Origin: Gemmatimonadaceae bacterium
Lineage (GTDB): Bacteria > Gemmatimonadota > Gemmatimonadetes > Gemmatimonadales > Gemmatimonadaceae
DNA length: 38,137 nucleotides
Direction of reading: 5' to 3'
NCBI GenBank assembly: GCA_041484425.1
Contig: JBGPHO010000001.1
Coordinates: 1 to 38,137, forward strand
Below, one piece after another: positions 22,134 to 30,483 of the stretch (positions are counted from its first letter, which is position 1; every line of letters begins with the position of its first letter). The translations under genes were made by a program, and so were the position numbers. The notes beneath the pieces are model-generated. The model saw only the letters and a list, made by a program, of their open reading frames with translations. It did not search any database and was not told the origin of the DNA.

Positions 22134-22197
22134 TCCGCAAGATCTTTCGCGCGCGTGGATGATCGCGCGCTCACTTTACCAACAGGATTGAAGCACT

Positions 22198-22638
22198 ATG
22201 AAACAGGAACTGAGCCTGGTTGTGGCCATCGCACTTCTGGCGGCGTGCAGCAAAGGAGAAAAAGCCGCAACAGCCGATACATCTGGAGCCGCTGCCGCGA
22301 CGACCACTCCGGGAGGCGAGGTGAAGCCGGGCCCTGGCGGAAAGGTCATCATCGTCCAGGAAACGAGTGATGAGAAGGGAAACTATTTCACGCCGAACGA
22401 GATCGAAGCACACAAGGGAGACGTGCTCCGGTTCACGCTCAAGGTGGGCGTCCACAATGTGCATTTCCTCCCGGATTCGAATCCCGGGAAACCCGGACTC
22501 CCGCCGGCAAGCGAGCTGTTGCAGCTGCCGGGGCAGACCGTCGACATTCCCGTCAACTTCGCCGCCGGCAGTTACTACTTCCAGTGCGATCCGCACGCCG
22601 CGCTCGGCATGAAAGGGCACCTGAAAGTCGAAGACTAG
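22198..22638 (+). CDS. Plastocyanin/azurin-family blue copper lipoprotein
   Basis: Lipobox LAAC, Ala/Thr linker, type-1 Cu ligands HNV...CDPHAALGM. Confidence 0.9.
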   Translation: MKQELSLVVAIALLAACSKGEKAATADTSGAAAATTTPGGEVKPGPGGKVIIVQETSDEKGNYFTPNEIEAHKGDVLRFTLKVGVHNVHFLPDSNPGKPGLPPASELLQLPGQTVDIPVNFAAGSYYFQCDPHAALGMKGHLKVED

Positions 22639-22648
22639 AGCCACTGAC

Positions 22649-23110
22649 GTGGACTGGTTCGTAAGACGATTCATAAAGTCCGCGCTGGCGTGGCTCGGCA
22701 TGGGGGTCAGCCTGGGTGTCGCAATGGCCGCGCACCCAATGTGGATCATCTACCGCCCAGCGCACGTGCACATGAATCTCCTTGGATTTGTCACGATGAT
22801 GATCTTTGGAGTGGCTTACCATGTGGTGCCGCGCTTTTTCGGTCACCCGCTGTACAGCAAGAGGCTCGCTGGCGGCCACTGGTGGCTCTCGAACGTTGGG
22901 CTGGCATTGATGGTCGTAGGATTCATCATGGCGCCGCATGTTGGAGGGCGAAGCGTCCCTGTCCTCGCAACAGGGGGCGTGCTCAGCGCCCTGGGCGCTT
23001 TCGCATTCATCTTCAACATCTGGCGAACGATTGATGGGCCGAAGACGCTCCAACGGATCGCGGAGTCGCCAGCATCGCGGCGTCCCCCGCTCGCGCCAGG
23101 CGATTCCTAG
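22649..23110 (+). CDS. Short 4-TM heme-copper-oxidase-subunit-I-like membrane protein (paralogue A)
   Basis: AHVHMNLLGFVTMMIFGVAYHVVPRF; four hydrophobic segments. Confidence 0.75.
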   Translation: MDWFVRRFIKSALAWLGMGVSLGVAMAAHPMWIIYRPAHVHMNLLGFVTMMIFGVAYHVVPRFFGHPLYSKRLAGGHWWLSNVGLALMVVGFIMAPHVGGRSVPVLATGGVLSALGAFAFIFNIWRTIDGPKTLQRIAESPASRRPPLAPGDS

Positions 23111-24237
23111 CTTTCGACGCTCAGAATTCCGATCGCCCCTTTCTGGCCGTGGCCGAATCCGTGGTTGACGAACACGAACTCGCCCGGAATGTCAGCCAGC
23201 ATCTCGAACACCATTCCGCCTCCGGGCGCAACAGCAAATGTCTGAACGCCGCGCAGCGGACTGCCCGGTGGCGCACCGAGGTAAACGGTGTCGAACTGCT
23301 CTCCGACCAGGTGAAAGTTGCACGGATGGGTGGGTCCGGCATTCACAACATAGAATCGCACGCGGTCCCCGACTTTCACCTTGAGCGGCGTGGTCATGTA
23401 CTGACTCGGGCGCCCGTTGAAGACGACATAATCCGGCAGGGTCGCCAGCATCTTCGTGTAGTCGAACGGCAGCACGCCAGCGACCGCCGCGCCGAGGTAG
23501 TACTCGCTCTCCACGAGGACGAACTCTTTTGCAGAGGGCAGCGGAGAGGGCGGATCAACTATCACCGCGCCGACCATTCCCGAGCCGATGTGCATGAGGA
23601 CGGGGGAGGTTCCGCAATGGTACATGAACGCGCCGGGAAAGCGCGCCCTGAATGTGTACGACACGGGCTGTCCGGGAGCGACTGAGCGGAAAGCGACCTT
23701 TGGATCGATCTGCGCTGCATGAAAATCCATCGAGTGCGGAATCGATCCGTGGTTGGTGAGAGTGAATTCGATGGTGTCGCCCTGCTTCACGTGCACTACA
23801 GGCCCCGGAATGTCGCCACCGAATGTCCACGCCGAGATGACGGTGTCGTCCGAAATGCGGATCGGGACTTCCTGAGCGGTGAACTGAAGGCGAGTAGTGC
23901 GCTCGGATGCAACCGGCGGGAGGACCGGATCGAATTGGTGGAAGGCGACGCTCTGGCCTTTCGCAGGCGCAGTTGTCGACTGATGGATGTTGGCATGGCC
24001 ACCCGTGTCGAGCTTGCTGTCGGGATTGCGCACGGCCGTCCCGGGGCCAGCCTGCGGAGGGGTGGCGGCGCCCGAGCCAGCCGGCGCTCCGTTCTTGTGC
24101 TCCGACTCGTCAGTGCCGCAGGCGCTCAGAGCGAGTGGGGCGAGCGCACCCAAAACCGTCGACTTGATCAGAAACTCTCGGCGCGTACCACGACGGTCGG
24201 CAAGTTCGGACAACGTTGGAATTCCATCGGTAGCCAT
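23107..24237 (-). CDS. nirK: Copper-containing nitrite reductase-like two-domain multicopper protein, Tat lipoprotein
   Basis: TRREFL twin-Arg plus LSAC; HSMDFH (catalytic Asp), YHC..PVLMHIGSGM, NFHLVGE (catalytic His), FVNH. Confidence 0.82.
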   Translation of the reverse strand: MATDGIPTLSELADRRGTRREFLIKSTVLGALAPLALSACGTDESEHKNGAPAGSGAATPPQAGPGTAVRNPDSKLDTGGHANIHQSTTAPAKGQSVAFHQFDPVLPPVASERTTRLQFTAQEVPIRISDDTVISAWTFGGDIPGPVVHVKQGDTIEFTLTNHGSIPHSMDFHAAQIDPKVAFRSVAPGQPVSYTFRARFPGAFMYHCGTSPVLMHIGSGMVGAVIVDPPSPLPSAKEFVLVESEYYLGAAVAGVLPFDYTKMLATLPDYVVFNGRPSQYMTTPLKVKVGDRVRFYVVNAGPTHPCNFHLVGEQFDTVYLGAPPGSPLRGVQTFAVAPGGGMVFEMLADIPGEFVFVNHGFGHGQKGAIGILSVES

Positions 24238-24258
24238 GGTAATCTCTCCGATTAGAGT

Positions 24259-24714
24259 TTAGAACTTCTCTCCCTTCGCCTCTCGAACGTGGCTTCCAGC
24301 GGAGCGGATTCGGGGCCACATCGTAAAAAAGAAAAGCGCAATTCCCGCGAACTGCGCAAGACCACCGATGACGACGGCCGATCGCAGCCACAGAGCAGCG
24401 GAGTATCCCCGCGCCAGCTCGCTCGCGACGCGACCGGCCGTTCCAATCGTGAGAAGCCAGTAAGCGGCGGCGGCCAGCCTCGGGTCGTACTGCTGCTCAC
24501 CCCGTTCCGCGCGCGGAAAGAGCCAGAGCGCCACGCCCAGGATCATCATCATCACGAAGCCCACCAGGATCGCATGGGTGTGCGCACTCACCTCGTACAG
24601 AGTCGGAGACCGCAGAAATATCTCTCGACGAATCAGTATTCTGGTTCCGATCGCGAGTCCAAGCACCAGAAACGCGATAGCGGTCTTGATGTAACGCCGC
24701 ACTAGCGAATGCAT
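24259..24714 (-). CDS. Short 4-TM heme-copper-oxidase-subunit-I-like membrane protein (paralogue B)
   Basis: VRRYIKTA, AHTHAILVGFVMMMILGVALWLFPR; clear similarity to 22649-23110. Confidence 0.75.
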   Translation of the reverse strand: MHSLVRRYIKTAIAFLVLGLAIGTRILIRREIFLRSPTLYEVSAHTHAILVGFVMMMILGVALWLFPRAERGEQQYDPRLAAAAYWLLTIGTAGRVASELARGYSAALWLRSAVVIGGLAQFAGIALFFFTMWPRIRSAGSHVREAKGEKF

Positions 24715-24776
24715 GATTCAATCGGTGACGGACGTACAGGCGTTGGAGACAAGCTGGCGCGATGGGTGGCTTGTGT

Positions 24777-25472
24777 TCAGGAGATCAAGCGAGCGATCCC
24801 GAATGCAGCCGCCGCAGCGAGACCTCCGGTCACGGTGGTCTGTAGGCCGCTCCGCAGGACAGGAACGCCAGTGAACCTGCCTTTCACTCCTCCAAAGACG
24901 GCGAGCGCGACGAGCGTGACCGTCGCCGACAGGCGCAAAGCCACGTGCGCGTCCGGCAGCAGCAGGTAGGCGCTGAGCGGAATCATACCACCCACCGCGT
25001 ATGCGAGCGCGATCGTCAGAGCGCTCTTCCAGGCGCGACCCGGCTGAGGTGCCTCGAGGCCGAGCTCGAAGCGCATCATGAATGCTACCCAGTCCCTGGG
25101 CCGCTGCCGCAGGGATTCGACTACCGAGGAGCTCTCGCTCTCCGAGAGCCCGTAGGTCTGGAAAATGTTGGTAACCTCTTTCGCTTCGGCTTCCGGGATG
25201 CGGCTGATTTCATCGTACTCGCGCGCCTCCTCGTGGACGTAGTGCTCCGCGTCGCCGCGCGCCGCGAGGTAGCCCCCGAGTCCCATTGCAATCGAGCCTG
25301 CTGCGATCTCCGCAAAGCCGGCGGTGATGATGAGTCGGGACTGCGCTATCGCCCCGGTAAGACCCGCCGCCAGCGCGAACGGCACCGTCAACCCATCGGA
25401 CATCCCGATTACGATGTCGCGAACGCTATCGCTCGAGGTGAAATGCTTTTCAATATGAGGAGTTGACGGCAT
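24777..25472 (-). CDS. VIT1/CCC1 family Fe/Mn transporter
   Basis: RDIVIGMSDGLTVPFALAAG, AEIAAGSIAMGLGGYLA, FMMRFELGL. Confidence 0.93.
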   Translation of the reverse strand: MPSTPHIEKHFTSSDSVRDIVIGMSDGLTVPFALAAGLTGAIAQSRLIITAGFAEIAAGSIAMGLGGYLAARGDAEHYVHEEAREYDEISRIPEAEAKEVTNIFQTYGLSESESSSVVESLRQRPRDWVAFMMRFELGLEAPQPGRAWKSALTIALAYAVGGMIPLSAYLLLPDAHVALRLSATVTLVALAVFGGVKGRFTGVPVLRSGLQTTVTGGLAAAAAFGIARLIS

Positions 25473-25510
25473 CCAATACTATACTATCTGATAGTCGAGA
25501 ACCTCAACGC

Positions 25511-26482
25511 TCAGGCCGGCATCAGATCCGCACTCACTTCGTTCGCGGACGGCGAGGCTTCCTTTTCCACGACGTTGTCCGGCTTGAACACCAGCATCGA
25601 CAACCTCGAAGAGTGCATTACTGCGTCGGCTACGCTACCACGGAGCATTCGGGCCAGCCCGCCGCGGCCGTGAGTCGCAATCGCAATCAGGTCGGCCCTT
25701 TCCCGGCCGGCAAAGTCCCCAATGGCGCTGGCCACATTTTCACCGATGACGATATCGGTCACTACCGCTACACCATTGCGGCGAAGCCTGGCGGCCACGC
25801 GGAGGAGATAGGCCTGCGCGTGCGAGATGTCCTTGTCCCACCACGGCAGCTTGGGATCGACGATCTCTTTCTGCGAGTACGACTGCGGGATGAGAACGTT
25901 CAGCAGGATGATCTCGGCTCCTTCGAGTTTTGCCAGGGACAGCACCCGCGGCAGAATCTGCTCAGCGAGCGTCGATCCGTCGAGCGGCACCACAATGCGC
26001 TTGAATGCCTCGATGACCTGCGGGTTCAAGTAGCTGGTTGGAGGCTTGACCACGAGAACGGGGATCGTCGTGTGGCGGATCAGCGAGTCGGTGACGCTGC
26101 CCAGCGATAGCCGGGAAATGCCGCTGCGTCCGTGAGTGCTGATCACAATCAGATCGACTTCGTTGCGCCGGGCGTAACCTTGAAGGACATCACCAATCGG
26201 ACCGGCGTGCAGGTCGACGGTGATTTCGGCATCGGACGTAGCCCTGCACTCGGCCGCCAGCGCATAGAGTTCGCTCAATGCTCTGTCGCGCTCGCTGTGG
26301 ACTACTTCGGCCGCGATCGCCGTGCCCTCGGCTGTCGCCGCCATTCCGAAGAAGGACCCGGTCGCGAGAACTCGCACCAGGCGGACTTTTGCACCGCTCT
26401 GTTCCGCGATTCTGAGTGCAACCCGGATGGCCTCGCGGTCGAATCCTGAGCCGTCCGTCGGGACCATTATAACGTTGTACAT
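25511..26482 (-). CDS. Tandem-domain universal stress protein
   Basis: IMVPTDGS, DLIVISTHGRSG..LGSV, VPLDGS, ATHGRGG..GSVA. Confidence 0.93.
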   Translation of the reverse strand: MYNVIMVPTDGSGFDREAIRVALRIAEQSGAKVRLVRVLATGSFFGMAATAEGTAIAAEVVHSERDRALSELYALAAECRATSDAEITVDLHAGPIGDVLQGYARRNEVDLIVISTHGRSGISRLSLGSVTDSLIRHTTIPVLVVKPPTSYLNPQVIEAFKRIVVPLDGSTLAEQILPRVLSLAKLEGAEIILLNVLIPQSYSQKEIVDPKLPWWDKDISHAQAYLLRVAARLRRNGVAVVTDIVIGENVASAIGDFAGRERADLIAIATHGRGGLARMLRGSVADAVMHSSRLSMLVFKPDNVVEKEASPSANEVSADLMPA

Positions 26483-26590
26483 ACTAGCCTCCTCATAATT
26501 GCACGCTCGCCGTTCGCGACGCTATCGCGCCCCGATGTGATCAATTTCGGCATAACAGCGGGTGCGCTCCGTCAGTGTAAGGCTGATTTC

Positions 26591-26608
26591 TTGTCGGAGT
26601 TTCCCTGT
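26591..26608. promoter_or_regulatory. Candidate operator upstream of USP 25511-26482
   Basis: TTGTCGGAGTTTCCCTGT; core matches the reverse complement of 35600-35615 at 14 of 16 nt. Confidence 0.4.
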
Positions 26609-26686
26609 TTTCGGGAGGGTATTGCCCTGCTCTCGAGTCCACGCCCGCTGCGGGCGGCTGGGGTATAGCGCCGGATTGAAACCGCG

Positions 26687-27070
26687 CTACGGTTTCACCT
26701 TGCCCTGGCCGACTGACCACACATAGGACGCCACAGCCCTTGCCTGTTCGGGCGAAATTCCGCCGGGGAATGCGACCATAAGGGTAGACGGAACACCGTG
26801 CGTCGCCACGCGGAAGATCTCGGCGAATTCGCCCTTTTTGGCATCTCTCCACGCGTGGGGCTTCAAAGTTGGAGCGATTTGTGTCCCTTCGAGCTTTGCT
26901 CCGTGACACGCAAAGCATGTCCCCTGGCCGTGAAAGATCGCCCGTCCCAATTCCACCATCGCTGGGGTGATGGCGCTTGTGTCGGGCTGCACCGCGCCCT
27001 GTGGATGCAGCGCGAGTGCGCCGGCACCGGTGAACATCACCATCGCCACCGCCAGCAAGAGCGCTCTCAT
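26687..27070 (-). CDS. Periplasmic monoheme class I cytochrome c
   Basis: Signal MRALLLAVAMVMFTGAGALA, G.AIF..CFACHG, APTL, distal LMVAF. Confidence 0.88.
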   Translation of the reverse strand: MRALLLAVAMVMFTGAGALALHPQGAVQPDTSAITPAMVELGRAIFHGQGTCFACHGAKLEGTQIAPTLKPHAWRDAKKGEFAEIFRVATHGVPSTLMVAFPGGISPEQARAVASYVWSVGQGKVKP

Positions 27071-27107
27071 TGCCGTGCGGAAACGCCGCGCATCGGAATC
27101 GCTGGCA

Positions 27108-27527
27108 TCAAACCGAGGAAGATCGGCGCCATATCTCTTCTGCGGACATTTGACCCGGTCCATGCAAAGCGAACGTGAGGCACGCACCGAGAAGCGTGAG
27201 CTCGAATTCATAGCCATATGGCGCGAAGAATCCACCATGGAATCGCGCGACGAGTATGGCAACCACCATCTCAAAGGCCAGCAGAGCGCCAGCCAGTCGG
27301 GTAAACACCCCGAGAAGGATCGCCAATCCTCCGAGCAATTCCACCGCGATCACGACCGCCGCGGACACAAGTGGCAGTGGAAGCCCGAGCTTCCCCATAA
27401 TGTCTGCGGTTCCGCCGATGCCGAAGACGAAGAGCTTCTGCCCCCCATGCATCAGGAATACAAGTCCTACGACAATCCGCAGTGGCAGCATCCCCCACTT
27501 GGCGAATCGAGCGCCAGTGTGTTTCAT
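27108..27527 (-). CDS. DoxX family membrane protein
   Basis: LRIVVGLVFLMHGGQK, ELLGG..ILLG.FTR, GYEF, GPG.MS. Confidence 0.9.
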   Translation of the reverse strand: MKHTGARFAKWGMLPLRIVVGLVFLMHGGQKLFVFGIGGTADIMGKLGLPLPLVSAAVVIAVELLGGLAILLGVFTRLAGALLAFEMVVAILVARFHGGFFAPYGYEFELTLLGACLTFALHGPGQMSAEEIWRRSSSV

Positions 27528-27583
27528 CTCACCTGTCCGCGTTGTGACGAGCCCGATCGCTCATCGAAGGTCAGACATCTCCG

Positions 27584-29068
27584 CTAGAACGCCACCCACA
27601 AGTAAAGAAAGAGTGTGTTGTTGTCCGCAGCCTTGCGACCCGCGGCGTCGTAATCGCTCGACGCGCCATTGAACAGGTTGTAGGCGACGTATTGAAGTCC
27701 GAATCGCGTATTCTGCCACGGGTTGACCGCAAGTTCTCCAATCTCTCCCCGCGAGTTGGGGCTTCCGGTGCGACTGCCGGTGACGGATGCCGGAGCAAAG
27801 ATGACTGCGTCGCTCGTTCCCGTGGTCTGGAAGTAACCAGCGGTCAGTGCGTAGCGCAGGCTAGGCTCGAATGAGAGATTGGTTCGAAACGTCGAGAGCG
27901 ACTCGTGCAAGTTCGTGGCTTCGGGGGGCGCGGCGGCCACGAACGCGGAAAGCGTCTGACTTTCGTGAATGAATGCCGCTCGCCCGATCCACATGCCGAT
28001 CTTGGCCTTATGCTCGATCTGCGCATCAATCGCCGCGTCAGTGTAGTTGTTCGTGGGTCCGCTCACCCCCGCCGGATACAACCGCGCGGCAAAGCCGTAC
28101 GTTCCGATCATTCCATACGTCGAGGGCCAAGCGTGCTGCAGCGCCACCCGCCAATATGGGATGACGCCCTTCGTTACGTTCGTGGCGGTGCCGTCGAGCG
28201 GCTCCGTTGCGCCCTGTGGCGCGGATCTGTAAGCGGTGAGCTCGGTGTACAACATGTCGTTGTACAATGAGTAGGCGCCGAGCCCCGCTACCTGCTGCCC
28301 GAGAGCGCCGTCGATGAGCGTGCTCGCTGCGGGGGATGGAGCGACATCGGAACTCATGAACGGGAACGTCCACGCGGGGACCGTATTCCACGGGTCCTGG
28401 ACAGTCGGATTGTTGTGCAATGTGAAACCAAAAACCATGTCGCGGTCTGCTACGGTCGCATGCTTCGCCCAGCGCAAATCAACGTTGTCGATGCCGATCC
28501 CGCCGTCCGCCGCCGCGTAGGTGAACTGCGTGAATATCCCGACATGTGGAGTGATCTGCCCCGCGAGGAAAATGCTGAGCTGCTGTGGGAAGCTCACCGT
28601 CCCATTCTGCGCTCCCGGCTGAGCCGCCGCAGTCTGCGTCAGGCCCGTCACAACCATAGCTGCCAAGGGAGGAATCGTGGCCAGCTTCAGTGATTCACGG
28701 CCGGCGCTGTCGCCGGGTTGACCAATCGTCGGCAGACCGGTGAGCGTGTAGCCGTTGAGCTTGAACATCCGCCCGAAGGGAGTGAGCTGCGGAAACTGGT
28801 AGTGGCAGGCGCTACATGCGAGGCCGGTTTGGCGGGAAAAGCTCGGAACTAGAATCTTCGCGAGGGCTGCATAGAGCGAAGCGGGAACGACTGCGTGGTT
28901 GGCACGAGTGCCAAGGACGGCAGCCGTTGGATCCGCTGCTTCGGTCAACCTGGGGTGTCGGCCGGTGCCTGTTGGAAGGGCGCGCGAAGCACTGGAGACG
29001 AGACCCAATGCGAGCAGCGCGAAAACCACGTTAAACCTGAAACCGCGGTATATCCGGTGAATGCACAT
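27584..29068 (-). CDS. cyc2: Cyc2-like monoheme cytochrome c fused to an outer-membrane beta-barrel
   Basis: Signal peptide; VPSFSRQTGLACSACHYQFPQLTPFGRMFKLNGY matches the recalled Cyc2 N-terminal motif; alternating beta-strands; C-terminal LYLWVAF beta-signal. Confidence 0.8.
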   Translation of the reverse strand: MCIHRIYRGFRFNVVFALLALGLVSSASRALPTGTGRHPRLTEAADPTAAVLGTRANHAVVPASLYAALAKILVPSFSRQTGLACSACHYQFPQLTPFGRMFKLNGYTLTGLPTIGQPGDSAGRESLKLATIPPLAAMVVTGLTQTAAAQPGAQNGTVSFPQQLSIFLAGQITPHVGIFTQFTYAAADGGIGIDNVDLRWAKHATVADRDMVFGFTLHNNPTVQDPWNTVPAWTFPFMSSDVAPSPAASTLIDGALGQQVAGLGAYSLYNDMLYTELTAYRSAPQGATEPLDGTATNVTKGVIPYWRVALQHAWPSTYGMIGTYGFAARLYPAGVSGPTNNYTDAAIDAQIEHKAKIGMWIGRAAFIHESQTLSAFVAAAPPEATNLHESLSTFRTNLSFEPSLRYALTAGYFQTTGTSDAVIFAPASVTGSRTGSPNSRGEIGELAVNPWQNTRFGLQYVAYNLFNGASSDYDAAGRKAADNNTLFLYLWVAF

Positions 29069-29156
29069 GGAGCCGTCCCTGTCAGGGAATGAACGACTTG
29101 ACTTGCTAGGCGTATTTGCGCTAGCACCGTTAACGGTAACGGGGGTCCGCGCCGCC

Positions 29157-29178
29157 GCCTTGTAGGGGAAACCCCGAT
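29157..29178. promoter_or_regulatory. Palindromic candidate operator in the cyc2/USP divergent region
   Basis: GCCTTGTAGGGGAAACCCCGAT; related half-sites near 29211-29222 and 29251-29262. Confidence 0.55.
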
Positions 29179-29427
29179 TCGAAACTTCGCCTCCTGTCTT
29201 AATGCGCCCCGATCGGGGAATCCGCCCCAGTGACGGTCCTGCGCTTCGTCCTTTCCCCTACTAATGTTTCGGCAACGCCCCGACTCAAAAGCCCTGAGGC
29301 GCCGCGCATTATCGAGGGGAAGGCGGATCTTACCGAGAGAAACTACCGAGTGGCGGCAACCTCCAACAATTTGTGCGCGGGCTGGTCGTGACTCCCACGA
29401 AAGCGGGCGCAGAACAGAGAGGCGACG

Positions 29428-30396
29428 ATGTTCAAAGTCATCATGGCACCAACCGAAGGTGCGGACAGTGAGAGAGCGGCGATATCGGTGGCGGTAAAGC
29501 TGGCGCAGCGCCTCACCGCAGATCTCCACCTCGTTCGAGTTGAAGCTCCACCACTGGTCATTGAAAACGTTCCCCGGCCTCCCGTACTGACGATAACCGA
29601 GGAAACCCTGCGGGATGAGCGTCTCGCCCGTTTGCACAAACTGGAGGCGCTCGGCACAGAGTGCCGCGCGCTTGGTGACGTCAGGGTCATGACCGCGCTC
29701 GAGGACGGACCCGTGGCACCCAAGCTCCGCGACTATGCCGAGAAGTTCAACGTCGATCTGATCGTGATGTCGAGCCACTCTCGCGGCGGAGTGAAGCGGA
29801 TCGCGCTTGGCAGCGTCACGGACTACCTCATTCGCAATACGAACATTCCTGTGCTGGTGGTTAGGCCGCCCGCTTTCGCCATGGGCGCGACCCCGGAGCA
29901 GACGTTCAGTCGGATCGTCGTTCCACTGGACGGCTCGGCGTTGGCGGAGCAGATCCTGCCCGAAGTCGCCGCGCTCGCCTCACGGCTCAATTCGACGGTG
30001 AGCCTGTTCCAGGTGCTCACACCGCTGACCTATTCGCAAAAGGAGATCATGCAGCCGGGCCTGCCATGGTGGGACGACGACATCGCCTTGGCGAACGCCT
30101 ACCTCGACCGAGCGGCAAGTTATCTAACCGAGGACGGACTCACAGTGAGCAAGGACGTCGTCCTGAGTGACAACATCGCAACCGCGATCCTCGACTACTC
30201 GGAGCGCACGAGAGCCGATCTCATCGCCTTTGCCACGAGCGGGGCTGGCGGAGTGGGTCGCTTGGTATTCGGAACAGTTGCCGACCAGGTGACCAGGAAG
30301 TCGACGAGCTCCATTCTCGTCTTCCACCCGAAAAGCGGCGCAGTCGCCAACGACGCGCCGGGTCGCTCCGATTCCCAGACTCTGGCGGGTGCGTAG
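29428..30396 (+). CDS. Tandem-domain universal stress protein (paralogue of 25511-26482)
   Basis: DLIVMSSHSRGG..LGSVTD, VPLDGSALAEQILP, YSQKEI..P.LPWWD shared with the other copy. Confidence 0.93.
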   Translation: MFKVIMAPTEGADSERAAISVAVKLAQRLTADLHLVRVEAPPLVIENVPRPPVLTITEETLRDERLARLHKLEALGTECRALGDVRVMTALEDGPVAPKLRDYAEKFNVDLIVMSSHSRGGVKRIALGSVTDYLIRNTNIPVLVVRPPAFAMGATPEQTFSRIVVPLDGSALAEQILPEVAALASRLNSTVSLFQVLTPLTYSQKEIMQPGLPWWDDDIALANAYLDRAASYLTEDGLTVSKDVVLSDNIATAILDYSERTRADLIAFATSGAGGVGRLVFGTVADQVTRKSTSSILVFHPKSGAVANDAPGRSDSQTLAGA

Positions 30397-30483
30397 CTGT
30401 CGGCGCAAACACGGTCAGGTTGGGCATCGATTGGCGTCGCGCCAGAGAGCGGCCCTGCGACACTCGCGCTCCCGTGGCACGCG

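Noticed and set aside
22649-23110. Call as a genuine cbb3 oxidase subunit I or NorB
   Set aside because: Only about 150 aa and 4 TM; CuB/FeB ligand motifs and partner subunits are absent.
23107-24237. Alternative call as small laccase or generic two-domain multicopper oxidase
   Set aside because: It has the NirK catalytic Asp (HSMDFH) and His (FHLVG) and lacks the full set of HxH trinuclear-cluster motifs.
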